A DNA stretch of 64,000 nt from Parcubacteria bacterium C7867-004 (GTDB lineage Bacteria > Patescibacteriota > Minisyncoccia > Phycocordibacterales > Phycocordibacteraceae): positions 81,605 through 145,604 of the forward strand of contig LFCN01000006.1 of the NCBI GenBank assembly GCA_001189075.1. The letters are read 5' to 3'. Positions 1-8,202 of the stretch are shown piece by piece. The notes under the pieces were generated by a model. It saw nothing but the letters and a program-made list of their open reading frames with translations. It had not been told where the DNA came from and made no database searches. How positions within the stretch are numbered: the stretch's first letter is position 1; each line of letters opens with the position of its first letter. Position numbers and translations under genes: made by a program.

Positions 1-987
1 ATCGCTAACGCCTGCGAGCGCTCCGAGGAGATCAGGGCCACGTCCGGAGAGTTCCTTGTATTCATCTGCAAAGACGATGGTCGGCACGGCGAGCGGTACC
101 GACGGCGCGACGTTCTTATTCATAACGAGCTGGTAGGTCGCATAGACCCCACCACCGGCGAGTACGAGGAGTAGTATTCCTGAACCGATGGTGAGCACTG
201 TCCTCGTCGGGAACTTCGTCGATATCTTAATAGCCCGAGGCATTGAGTGCTTTGAATCCTGTTCGGCGGCGAGCACCGAGAACGCCGAGGCGCCTTTCGT
301 ATCGATGCGCTCAGCGAAGTCAGAGGTATAGGTATGCAGACCGGAATCAGGTACTGCGGCGGGTTGTGGTGGAACCATCGGCTCGCGACTGACCGGCGGC
401 ATTCGATTAATGGAAGCGGGCTCTCCGGGAGCAGGTTGGAATGCGGGAGCCGGTACCGGAATGTCCGGCCACTCATTCACTGCAGGCGGAACGATCGGTT
501 CCGGTGCTCTCTCTACTGAGGTTTGTATAGACATGTCAGCGCTCTCACCGACTTTCCGTCGGAGTCGCTCGAGTATCGCCATGCGATCGCTATCGCTTGC
601 GGCAGTATTCGGGCGCGGCATGACCGGGATCGGAATCGCTCGTGGCTCTGAAGCGAGTTCACCTCCAACTATCTGTCCCGCTTCTGCAACCGACGGAAGG
701 TCGAGCACTTCCGGCTGTATCTCATCGCGCTTTGCCTGCTGCTGTTCGAGGTATGCGTCGGCAACCGGCATGCTCACCCCGTCGACGGTCTCTATCGTCT
801 TTGGCGGAGCAGGGCTTGCTACAACCGGCGCGGGAGCTGGCAGTTTCGTTCCACTGAGCGCGGCCATGTCCTTGGCCATCGTCCGGATGAATTGCGAACG
901 ATCTTCAATCGCTGCTGCGGGTATCGTCCCCTTCTGGGCGCTGTCCGCTGCCGCTCCTTGATCGGTACCCTTAGTTTCCGGTGGCAT
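1..987 (-). CDS. Partial hypothetical membrane-anchored Pro-rich protein. It has an in-frame ATG at 987 (minus strand) and runs off the window edge. There is one predicted TM helix near ...ILLLVLAGGGVYATYQLV...
   Basis: Manual translation of the minus strand from 987 downward gives a continuous ORF that the ORF track omits because it has no stop inside the window. The internal Met at 123 is in the same frame. The opposite-strand ORF 410..961 is Ser/Ala/Gly-rich and looks like antisense junk. Confidence 0.45.
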   Translation of the reverse strand, partial: MPPETKGTDQGAAADSAQKGTIPAAAIEDRSQFIRTMAKDMAALSGTKLPAPAPVVASPAPPKTIETVDGVSMPVADAYLEQQQAKRDEIQPEVLDLPSVAEAGQIVGGELASEPRAIPIPVMPRPNTAASDSDRMAILERLRRKVGESADMSIQTSVERAPEPIVPPAVNEWPDIPVPAPAFQPAPGEPASINRMPPVSREPMVPPQPAAVPDSGLHTYTSDFAERIDTKGASAFSVLAAEQDSKHSMPRAIKISTKFPTRTVLTIGSGILLLVLAGGGVYATYQLVMNKNVAPSVPLAVPTIVFADEYKELSGRGPDLLGALAGVSD

Positions 988-1091
988 ATCGTAATTCGAT
1001 TATACCTTTATGTACGGAGTAATTCTTTGTGCACGTGCATAGGAAAGGCGCGACTGATAGTCGCGCCTCCCCTTCATTATTTGTTCATTCG

Positions 1092-1607
1092 TTATCCTCG
1101 GTGCCCGATGATGTACTTCTTCGGATCCTCGCACATATCTGTGAATGCGTGAGCGGCTTCCTTCAGCTTCTGTGAGGACGACTTGCCGAAGGAGATGACC
1201 TCCACCTGACAACCCTCGTTCATATCGAGGTATTCGATGAGTGGGACGAAGTCGCCGTCCCCGGTGGCGAGAATGATGGTATCGAGTTTTGGAGCCAACT
1301 TTACGGCGTCGATAGCAATACCCACGTCCCAATCAGCTTTCTTGGCGCCGTCGGAGAATATTTGCAGGCCCTTAACCTTCGTTTCTATGCCTATCTTGGT
1401 TAGTGCATCGAAGAAGGCGCCCTCTTCCCCGCCCTCCGTGGATATGACGTAGGCGATGGCGCGAACGAGAACGCGATCGCCGACGGCCTCTTCGAGGACC
1501 TTCGCGAAGTTAACGCGTGACTTATAAAGATGTTTTGCGCTGTGGTAGAGGTTCTGGGTATCGATGAACACTCCTACTCGCTGCGCCGGATGTTTTATGA
1601 CTGGCAT
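1092..1607 (-). CDS. NYN domain (LabA-like/DUF88) protein, a predicted PIN-like RNase
   Basis: The motifs VGVFIDTQNLYHS...VRAIAYV...DVGIAIDA...ILATGDGDFVPL are typical of NYN/LabA family proteins. Confidence 0.8.
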   Translation of the reverse strand: MPVIKHPAQRVGVFIDTQNLYHSAKHLYKSRVNFAKVLEEAVGDRVLVRAIAYVISTEGGEEGAFFDALTKIGIETKVKGLQIFSDGAKKADWDVGIAIDAVKLAPKLDTIILATGDGDFVPLIEYLDMNEGCQVEVISFGKSSSQKLKEAAHAFTDMCEDPKKYIIGHRG

Positions 1608-1675
1608 GCGAAATGCGTATTAAAATTCTTACAATGGTCCAGAGGGACCCGACCTTCCTATTCTACACTGCTTAG

Positions 1676-1702
1676 AAACGAGAAAGCGGGGCTGTGCCCC
1701 GC
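1676..1702 (-). terminator. Intrinsic terminator downstream of rpsO. The hairpin is gcggggctgtgccccgc with a T-run on the minus strand.
   Basis: GC-rich inverted repeat immediately 3' of the rpsO stop. Confidence 0.5.
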
Positions 1703-1708
1703 GTATCC

Positions 1709-1975
1709 CTACTTCTTGAGACCGAGCTTCTTCACGATCGTCGAGTAGCGACGCTTGTCGTTCTTCTCGAGATAGCGGAGATGGCTCCTGCGGTCGGCAA
1801 CCATCTGAAGAAGGCCGCGGCGGGAGTGAAAGTCCTTCTTGTTCTTCTTAAGGTGGTTCGTAAGCTCCTCGATCTTGCGGGTAAGGATAGCAACCTGAAC
1901 AGGAGCCGAACCATTGTCCGACTCATGAATTGCGGCGTCTTTGATGACTGCCGTCTTCACTCGTTTCGTAAGCAT
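1709..1975 (-). CDS. rpsO: 30S ribosomal protein S15
   Basis: 88 aa containing the canonical S15 block GSAPVQVAILTRKIEELTNHLKKNKKDFHSRRGLL... Confidence 0.95.
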   Translation of the reverse strand: MLTKRVKTAVIKDAAIHESDNGSAPVQVAILTRKIEELTNHLKKNKKDFHSRRGLLQMVADRRSHLRYLEKNDKRRYSTIVKKLGLKK

Positions 1976-2067
1976 TACCGGGACTGTACCATGTCTTGAT
2001 TAAAAATGCAAGTGTTTCCTAGTGGGTCAGTATTGTGCGCACTTCCAGGTGCTACACTTAAACCTAT

Positions 2068-2982
2068 ATGGATGCTGCTCAGATGAAGCGCGAGTTCCTC
2101 GAATACATCGAGATAGAGCGAGGGCGTGCAGTAAAGACCATTGAGAATTATGACCACTACCTCTCTCGATTCTTCGAACAGATGCAAATTAAGCAGGTCG
2201 GTGACATTACTGAGAGCAGCGTGCGTGAATTCCGTCTCTGGCTGAACCGCCAGGAGGGCGTGAACGGCTCGATGAAGCGGAAGACCCAGAACTATTACCT
2301 CATCGCGCTACGCGCATTCCTCAAGTTCCTGCGCAAACGAGGCATATCGGGTCTTGCGCCTGAGTACATCGAGCTCGCTAAGGTTCCCGAGCGGCATATT
2401 GATCTCATAACCGCCGCGGAACTGAAGCGGCTCATGGACGCGCCGAGCGAAGCGTACCTCAAGGAGAAGAAAGAGGACAAGAAGATCAAGTATCTGCGCG
2501 ATGCGGCGATACTCGAGCTTCTCTTCTCTACCGGACTGCGCGTTTCCGAGCTCTGCGCCCTCGATAGCGACCTAGATCTCACGCGCGATGAGATGTCGGT
2601 TCGCGGAAAGGGCGAGAAGATACGGGTCGTATTCCTTTCTGAAGCGAGCAAGCTCGCCGTCCGTCAGTATCTGAAGGCGCGCAAGGACATGAACCCTGCC
2701 CTATTCGTCGACGGCCGTCCCGATAAGCTGCATCGCATCACGCCACGGGACATCCAGCGCCATATTAAGACGTATGCTACGCGTGCGGGTATAACGGGTA
2801 AGGTAACGCCGCACACCATGCGGCATGTCTTCGCGACTGACCTGCTTAGCAATGGCGCTGATATTCGTTCAGTGCAGCAGTTACTGGGTCATGCGAGCAT
2901 TACGACCACGCAGATCTACACTCATGTCACCGATGCGCATCTGCGTGAAGTGCATAAGAAGTTCCACTCGCGTGGCCGCTAG
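2068..2982 (+). CDS. Tyrosine recombinase, XerC/XerD family
   Basis: N-terminal SAM-like domain (EFLEYIEIERG...TIENY) and C-terminal catalytic motifs ...HTMRHVFATDLL...LLGHASITTTQIYTHV. Confidence 0.9.
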   Translation: MDAAQMKREFLEYIEIERGRAVKTIENYDHYLSRFFEQMQIKQVGDITESSVREFRLWLNRQEGVNGSMKRKTQNYYLIALRAFLKFLRKRGISGLAPEYIELAKVPERHIDLITAAELKRLMDAPSEAYLKEKKEDKKIKYLRDAAILELLFSTGLRVSELCALDSDLDLTRDEMSVRGKGEKIRVVFLSEASKLAVRQYLKARKDMNPALFVDGRPDKLHRITPRDIQRHIKTYATRAGITGKVTPHTMRHVFATDLLSNGADIRSVQQLLGHASITTTQIYTHVTDAHLREVHKKFHSRGR

Positions 2983-3022
2983 GAACTCCCCTTTCCCGTA
3001 ATACTTGGTATAGAATGCGCGT

Positions 3023-3814
3023 ATGCGCATTGTTTCGTGGAACGTAAATGGCATACGAGCCGTGCACCGGAAAGAGCTCTTCATGCCCTTCATAAAGCAA
3101 TTGAGGCCGGACGTTATCTGTCTACAAGAAACGAAGGCTGAGGAGCATCAGTCCGCAATTGATCTCATGGACTATGAAGAATATTGGCACTCGGCCAAGA
3201 AAAAAGGTTATAGCGGTGTAGCCATCTTCACGAAGCAGGTTCCTGAGGACGTTTTGTTCGGTATGCCAGCTGATATCGTCGAGGAATATGGCTTAGCTAC
3301 TGACGGCTACGGCGACCCAAATGAAGAAGGCCGCGTTATAGCCGCAGATATGGGCCCGTTTTACGTCGTCTCCGTATATACCCCAAACTCCAAGGACGAC
3401 CTTTCCCGGCTTACGCTTCGCCATAAGCACTGGGACCCGGCATTTCTGGCGTATATGAAGCGTCTTGAGGCCGAGAAACCGGTCATATTCTGCGGGGATC
3501 TGAACGTCGCACATACGCCCGACGACCTCGCGAATCCCAAGGCTAACGAGGGCGGACACGGGTATACCAAGGAAGAACGCGAAGGCATCGACATTATCCA
3601 GGCGGCAGGGTTCGTTGACACCTTCCGCATATTCACTCAAGGCAATGGGTACTACTCCTGGTGGAGTCACTGGGCACAAGCCAGAGAACGCAATATTGGC
3701 TGGCGCATCGACTATGTCTTCGTCTCCAAGGCACTCAAGGGGAAAATAAAGAAGGCCGAGATTCATGCGGACATTTTCGGATCCGACCACTGCCCCGTGT
3801 CCGTTACGCTATAA
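3023..3814 (+). CDS. xth: Exodeoxyribonuclease III (AP endonuclease)
   Basis: MRIVSWNVNGIRA...CLQETK...FCGDLNVAH...SDHCPV are the signature ExoIII/EEP motifs. Confidence 0.93.
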   Translation: MRIVSWNVNGIRAVHRKELFMPFIKQLRPDVICLQETKAEEHQSAIDLMDYEEYWHSAKKKGYSGVAIFTKQVPEDVLFGMPADIVEEYGLATDGYGDPNEEGRVIAADMGPFYVVSVYTPNSKDDLSRLTLRHKHWDPAFLAYMKRLEAEKPVIFCGDLNVAHTPDDLANPKANEGGHGYTKEEREGIDIIQAAGFVDTFRIFTQGNGYYSWWSHWAQARERNIGWRIDYVFVSKALKGKIKKAEIHADIFGSDHCPVSVTL

Positions 3815-3819
3815 AGGAC

Positions 3820-3858
3820 AAGTTATACACACTATCCACAGAGTTGTCCTTTACTCGT
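3820..3858 (+). terminator. Hairpin aaggacaa-N22-ttgtcctt immediately after the xth stop
   Basis: 8-bp perfect inverted repeat followed by a T-rich tract. Confidence 0.4.
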
Positions 3859-4243
3859 GTCTTTTATACGGCTAGTATCAATGAAGACCTGGGGGTCGGC
3901 ACAGCTCACAAGGAGTGACGCCTTCCCTTTCAGGAGGCGAATGTTCTTTGCGAGCTCTTTCTAAGCATCAGGCGCAAAAATGTGCGACGATGTCAGGCTA
4001 CACCAACGGTTTCGGAGCGTTTCTCCGCCATTCTTAAGTGGGTACAGCAGGCAAAGTTCCACGTGAAAGCGCACCCGTTCATTGAAGCCGTTTGATATAT
4101 CCAAACCTATTGGCGGGCGCCAACCAAAGCCCCCTTCCCCAACCTTGCCCGCCGCCCGGAGACAATCAAACAAAAACACGTAAGAGGCCAGACATAAGGA
4201 CCATGCCCGCGATGATCTTTATTTCTGGCCTCTTTTCTGTATA

Positions 4244-4255
4244 TTTCACGTGAAA
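4244..4255. promoter_or_regulatory. parS-like palindrome TTTCACGTGAAA, an exact 12-mer inside the 16-mer atATTTCACGTGAAACtg, in the 3' flank of cca
   Basis: Matches the core of the canonical ParB-binding parS site tGTTtCACGTGAAACa. Exact copies also lie at 4828..4839 and 5188..5199. Near copies lie at 4058..4068 (gTTCCACGTGAAAg), 4302..4313 and 4541..4552. Confidence 0.5.
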
Positions 4256-4321
4256 CTGTCTTCATAAAACACAAAAGTCCGTATATACGGGCTTTGTGGT
4301 GTTTCATGTGAAAACTAAAAC

Positions 4322-5785
4322 CTAACGAACGTGGTGTTTTTCGAGTATTTCCTGGATCTCCCTTTCCTCTTCAATTTCCCTCCTTTTCTTCCCCGAGTCC
4401 CCCAACTCTTTCAGTTCCTGTTCCGGAAGCAGTAAGAGAGCCTCTGTCCGCTCGTCCAGGTATTTTTCAGTATTGAGCTTAGGGTCTTCAAGAACTTCCT
4501 CTAGGAGTGCATGAAGCGCATACCCTATTTTCGGACCCGCTTTCACGTGGAACTTTTCCATTATCCTGTTTCCATCGGTTTTAAGCATTGCAACTGATAT
4601 TGGGTCACGAAGTGCCTCATCTACCATTGCTTTGTACTTCCTGAAACGAAACGGCTGTTCCTTCGGACGTCCCGTACCAATACGGTCGCAGATACGGAGG
4701 TTTAAAAGGTCCCAGATATGTTCTTCACCCACGTTGTTGATCATTCGGCGAACTGCTGAAAGGGTTATTTGGTCGGGATCTGAGAAAAACATGTGCCAAC
4801 GGACCATTTTGGTCACTTTCTCGATAGTTTCACGTGAAAACTTGAGATCCTCCAAGGCTTTACGAGTTACACGTGAACCAACCACCTCATGGCCGTGGAA
4901 GGTCCAGTCTTTCTTTTCGTCAGACCAGCGCCTTGTTTCAGGCTTTGAAACATCGTGAAAAAGGGCAGCGAGCCTTGTATCAAAATTCCAGTCCTTATCG
5001 GCCGCGTGTTGCATAGCCCGCATAAGGTGACCGAAAACGTCATAGCTGTGGGCCTGATTCTGATCTATACCGATACCGCGGGTTAGGTCAGGGGCAATAT
5101 ATTCAAGGATTCCAAGCTGCTGGGCCAATACCAACGCCATCATTGGCTGTTTAGAGTTAAGAATACGTACGAACTCCTCCCTGACCCTTTCACGTGAAAC
5201 GTGTTTCAAATTAGAACCTTTCTCCTGAATAGCCGCTGCGGTGTCAGTATCGAGAGCAAATTCAAGCTCGGCAACGAGCCGTACTGCTCGCATAAGGCGC
5301 AAAGCATCTTCCTCAAACCGATCTGCCGCAATCCCTACAGTACGGAGCACTTTAGCTTCAATGTCCTTTTGTCCTTGATACGGATCGATTAACTGTCCTT
5401 TAGAATCCTCAAGTGCGATTGCGTTAATCGTGAAGTCACGACGAGCGAGATCGTCTTCGAGGTTATCCCCAAACGCCACTGCGTCTGGTCGGCGCTTATC
5501 GGAATAGCCGGATTCTGTGCGGTAGGGGGTTACTTCAATGACGGCAAGCCTCGGGTCCTCGCTGTCAGTCTTTACTCCTACGGTCCCAAAATCGTTCTCA
5601 TAGAAGGATTCAGGGAAGATTCGCTGAATGTCCTCAGGCTTTGCGTTCGTAGTTACGTCCCAGTCTTTAGGAGTGCGACCGATAAGAAGGTCGCGAACGC
5701 AGCCACCAACTAGATAGGCTTCGAATCCAGCAGTCCGGAGGCCGTCAGTGACTGTTTTCACCTCAAGGGGGATAGGGAAGTGCAT
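4322..5785 (-). CDS. cca: CCA-adding tRNA nucleotidyltransferase with HD domain and a C-terminal extension
   Basis: N-terminal poly(A) polymerase head domain (GGCVRDLLLGRTPKDWDVTT...RRDFTINA) followed by an HD domain (HSYDVFGH...LFHDVSK). The adjacent tRNA-Arg gene lacks an encoded CCA. Confidence 0.9.
   Translation of the reverse strand: MHFPIPLEVKTVTDGLRTAGFEAYLVGGCVRDLLIGRTPKDWDVTTNAKPEDIQRIFPESFYENDFGTVGVKTDSEDPRLAVIEVTPYRTESGYSDKRRPDAVAFGDNLEDDLARRDFTINAIALEDSKGQLIDPYQGQKDIEAKVLRTVGIAADRFEEDALRLMRAVRLVAELEFALDTDTAAAIQEKGSNLKHVSRERVREEFVRILNSKQPMMALVLAQQLGILEYIAPDLTRGIGIDQNQAHSYDVFGHLMRAMQHAADKDWNFDTRLAALFHDVSKPETRRWSDEKKDWTFHGHEVVGSRVTRKALEDLKFSRETIEKVTKMVRWHMFFSDPDQITLSAVRRMINNVGEEHIWDLLNLRICDRIGTGRPKEQPFRFRKYKAMVDEALRDPISVAMLKTDGNRIMEKFHVKAGPKIGYALHALLEEVLEDPKLNTEKYLDERTEALLLLPEQELKELGDSGKKRREIEEEREIQEILEKHHVR
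4828..4839. promoter_or_regulatory. parS-like palindrome TTTCACGTGAAA within the cca coding sequence
   Basis: Exact 12-mer palindrome. It encodes ..FSRET.. in cca, whereas the copy at 5188 encodes ..VSRER.., so the two share the same codon frame. The near copy at 4541 sits in a different frame. Confidence 0.5.
5188..5199. promoter_or_regulatory. parS-like palindrome TTTCACGTGAAA within the cca coding sequence
   Basis: Exact 12-mer palindrome, followed by a half-site-like cgtgtttca. Confidence 0.5.
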
Positions 5786-5844
5786 CGAGAAAATACTAGT
5801 ATGGCAGTGGCCATTCTCCTAGCTCTCACGTACTATCGTAATTG

Positions 5845-5917
5845 AGCTCCTGTAGTGAAATGGATATCACAACAGTCTTCGGAACTGTCGTTCCAGGTTC
5901 GAGTCCTGGCGGGAGCA
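5845..5917 (+). tRNA. tRNA-Arg (anticodon TCG), with no encoded CCA
   Basis: Manual cloverleaf. The acceptor gctcctg pairs with cgggagc (one G-U). D-arm is gtga/tcac, anticodon stem acagt/actgt with loop cTTCGga, T-arm ccagg-TTCGAGT-cctgg, and the discriminator is A. Confidence 0.7.
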
Positions 5918-5933
5918 CACTATAATTCTATCT

Positions 5934-6212
5934 ATGGCTGATACCTACCAATTGAAGCGTGAGATAGCCTGGCACACGGAAGAGGTACGTAAACAGGAAC
6001 GTGAGCTCGATGCTGCTAATCGGGAAGTACCTGAGCTTCGAAGAAAGCTTGAGAAGGATATTCGTGATGCGGAAGATGCAGTTCGCGATCTGAAGCGATC
6101 GCTTGAGAACACGAAACGGAAGCTAGATGAATATACGCGTGACCTCATGCGTATTGAGGCGGCAAACGACAACAAAGAACGTGACGACAAGTCCAAAAAG
6201 AGGGCAGCATAA
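5934..6212 (+). CDS. Hypothetical coiled-coil protein, highly charged, 92 aa
   Basis: ORF with a K/E/R/D-rich heptad-like sequence. It ends just before lysA. Confidence 0.45.
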   Translation: MADTYQLKREIAWHTEEVRKQERELDAANREVPELRRKLEKDIRDAEDAVRDLKRSLENTKRKLDEYTRDLMRIEAANDNKERDDKSKKRAA

Positions 6213-6216
6213 TCTT

Positions 6217-7398
6217 ATGGAGAGGGCAGACGCGTTAACACTTAGGGCAGCAAAGAAATTCGGGACGCCGTTGTACGTGTACGAACAATCGGTTATCGAG
6301 GATCAGTGTCGGAAGCTGAAGCGGTATTTCCCAGAAGTTGCCTTCCATTACGCCATGAAAGCGAACAGCAATCCTGCTGTGCTCGCCATAATCCGCAAAG
6401 AGGGAATAGGCTGTGAATCGGTAAGTCTGGGGGAGCTCACGCTCGCGCAGAAGGCCGGTTTCAATAAGAATGCCATGAGCTTCACGTGTTCGAACATAAC
6501 CGAACGGGAACTAACGGAAGCAGCAGCGTCAGGCGTACGAGTGCATCTTGATTCACTCGAACAGCTACGGAATTGGGGCAGGCTCAAGCTTGGTAGGGAG
6601 GTGTCACTCCGACTCAATCAAGGAATTGGCGCTGGGCACCATGCGCACGTAATAACCGGCGGCCCAAACAGTAAGTTCGGCATTACGCTTAAAGATATCC
6701 CCGAAGCGATGGATATCGCGAAAAAGTTCGGATTGCGCATTACCGGCATACAGCAGCACATAGGGTCGAATGTTCTTGAGGTAGAGACCTTCCTTAAGGC
6801 TGCACGTACGCTTCTAAAGACGGCAAGAACCTTTTCCGATCTCGAGCATATTGATTTCGGAGGAGGTATCGGCGTTCCGTATCATACAAATGAAAAGCAG
6901 CTCGATCTGAAGGCTCTCGGTAAGGAGTTCAAAATACTGATCCGAGAGTTTCAGAAGAACATGGGGAAGTCCGTGTCGTTCGCCATGGAGCCGGGCCGGT
7001 TCCTCGTCGCAGAAGCGGGAAGTCTTCTGGTTACGGTTGTCGATCTTAAATCTACAGAGAAGCATCAATTCGCTGGAGTGAACTCCGGATTCAATCAACT
7101 TGTCCGTCCTGCTATGTACGGCTCCTACCATCAGATCGATAACCTCTCTCGTTCGAAAGGGAAGCGCGGTGAAGTCACGGTAGCGGGCAATGTCTGCGAG
7201 TCCGGAGATATTCTCGCCTCCAAGCGGACGATGCTAATCCCTGAGATAGCGGATGTCCTCGCGATACGGAACGCAGGAGCCTATGGCTTTAGTATGGCGA
7301 GCTTCTATAATCTCCGTGCTCTGCCCCGTGAGGTTCTCATAACCTCTGCAGGAGCCATGAAGGATATATCGTTTGTCCCGGGTGACTTCGTTCGCTAA
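6217..7398 (+). CDS. lysA: Diaminopimelate decarboxylase-like PLP-dependent decarboxylase (fold III)
   Basis: YVYEQSVIEDQCRKLKRYFPEVAFHYAMKANSNPAVL...GCESVSLGEL... and C-terminal EPGRFLVAEAG...CESGD are typical of the Orn/DAP/Arg decarboxylase family. The start at ATG 6217 is preferred over the upstream in-frame extension. Confidence 0.8.
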   Translation: MERADALTLRAAKKFGTPLYVYEQSVIEDQCRKLKRYFPEVAFHYAMKANSNPAVLAIIRKEGIGCESVSLGELTLAQKAGFNKNAMSFTCSNITERELTEAAASGVRVHLDSLEQLRNWGRLKLGREVSLRLNQGIGAGHHAHVITGGPNSKFGITLKDIPEAMDIAKKFGLRITGIQQHIGSNVLEVETFLKAARTLLKTARTFSDLEHIDFGGGIGVPYHTNEKQLDLKALGKEFKILIREFQKNMGKSVSFAMEPGRFLVAEAGSLLVTVVDLKSTEKHQFAGVNSGFNQLVRPAMYGSYHQIDNLSRSKGKRGEVTVAGNVCESGDILASKRTMLIPEIADVLAIRNAGAYGFSMASFYNLRALPREVLITSAGAMKDISFVPGDFVR

Positions 7399-7441
7399 AG
7401 CCTGGAAAAGAAAGAGGCTTCCGTGCTATGATGCCTCCCGA

Positions 7442-7515
7442 GCGGATATGGTTTAGTGGTAAAACGCGTCCTTGCCAAGGACGAGTCGGGAGTTCGATTC
7501 TCCCTATCCGCACCA
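7442..7515 (+). tRNA. tRNA-Gly (anticodon GCC), CCA encoded
   Basis: Acceptor gcggata/tatccgc, anticodon loop ttGCCaa, T-arm gggag-TTCGATT-ctccc, 3' ACCA. Confidence 0.8.
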
Positions 7516-7524
7516 AGATACGAG

Positions 7525-7553
7525 AAAAGCGCCCATTTGGGCGCTTTTCTCTT
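7525..7553 (+). terminator. Intrinsic terminator after tRNA-Gly (agcgccc-attt-gggcgct plus T-run)
   Basis: Perfect 7-bp GC stem followed by TTTTCTCTT. Confidence 0.7.
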
Positions 7554-7675
7554 GAGGACACCTGTTCACAACTATGGGGACAGTGGGGATAAAAGACAGG
7601 GACATTAATAAGTCAGAGGTGGATGTCCCTACTAGAGCTTTATTTTATAAGTTTTTGATAAAAGTCTTATCTTAG

Positions 7676-8080
7676 ATGTCGCATGCTTTCGTCATGGACT
7701 TATCGAACATGTCTCGAAGACAAACCGAGGACTACGGAAAGAGTGCTGTGGCTCAATACCTCAAGCGACGTGGCTTCCGCATCATAGATCGGAACGCTAC
7801 CGGAGAAATAGACCTCATCGCTCGAAAAGAGAAGACCCTGCATTTCTTCGACGTGAAGACCATTTTCTGTACCGAGTTTCCCGAACAGAATTATGCTTTG
7901 GACAGCTATGATCAGTCAGCGGATCTGCATGCGGAAAAGATACAGAAAGTAGCGATGGCCAGCGAAGAGTATCTGGCAGAAAAGTTTTGGAAGGGAGCGG
8001 CTCAGGTAGACGGGGTCCTGGTATGGCTCAGGGCACGGGATTGGGCGGCGAAGGTGGTACACCTGCCACAAATCCTTTGA
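7676..8080 (+). CDS. YraN/UPF0102 family endonuclease-like protein
   Basis: ...YLKRRGFRIIDRNATGEIDLIARKEKTLHFFDVKT... matches the YraN family core (GEIDLIA / FVEVK-like). Confidence 0.7.
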   Translation: MSHAFVMDLSNMSRRQTEDYGKSAVAQYLKRRGFRIIDRNATGEIDLIARKEKTLHFFDVKTIFCTEFPEQNYALDSYDQSADLHAEKIQKVAMASEEYLAEKFWKGAAQVDGVLVWLRARDWAAKVVHLPQIL

Positions 8081-8120
8081 GTCTGGTAGTATGCGGGGAC
8101 GGACATTTTTAGGTCCACCT

Positions 8121-8194
8121 CGGGGTGTCGTATACCGGTAGTACGCTTGTTTTGGGAACAAGTAGACGGAGTTCAATTCTCCGCACCCCGACCA
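8121..8194 (+). tRNA. tRNA-Pro (anticodon TGG), CCA encoded
   Basis: Acceptor cggggtg/caccccg, anticodon stem cttgt/acaag with loop ttTGGga, T-arm cggag-TTCAATT-ctccg, 3' ACCA. Confidence 0.7.
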
Positions 8195-8202
8195 CCAACG
8201 TT

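Noticed and set aside
410-961. 183-aa plus-strand ORF and nested plus ORFs at the window start
   Set aside because: Gly/Ser/Ala-rich with no domain. A longer, more protein-like minus-strand ORF occupies the same DNA.
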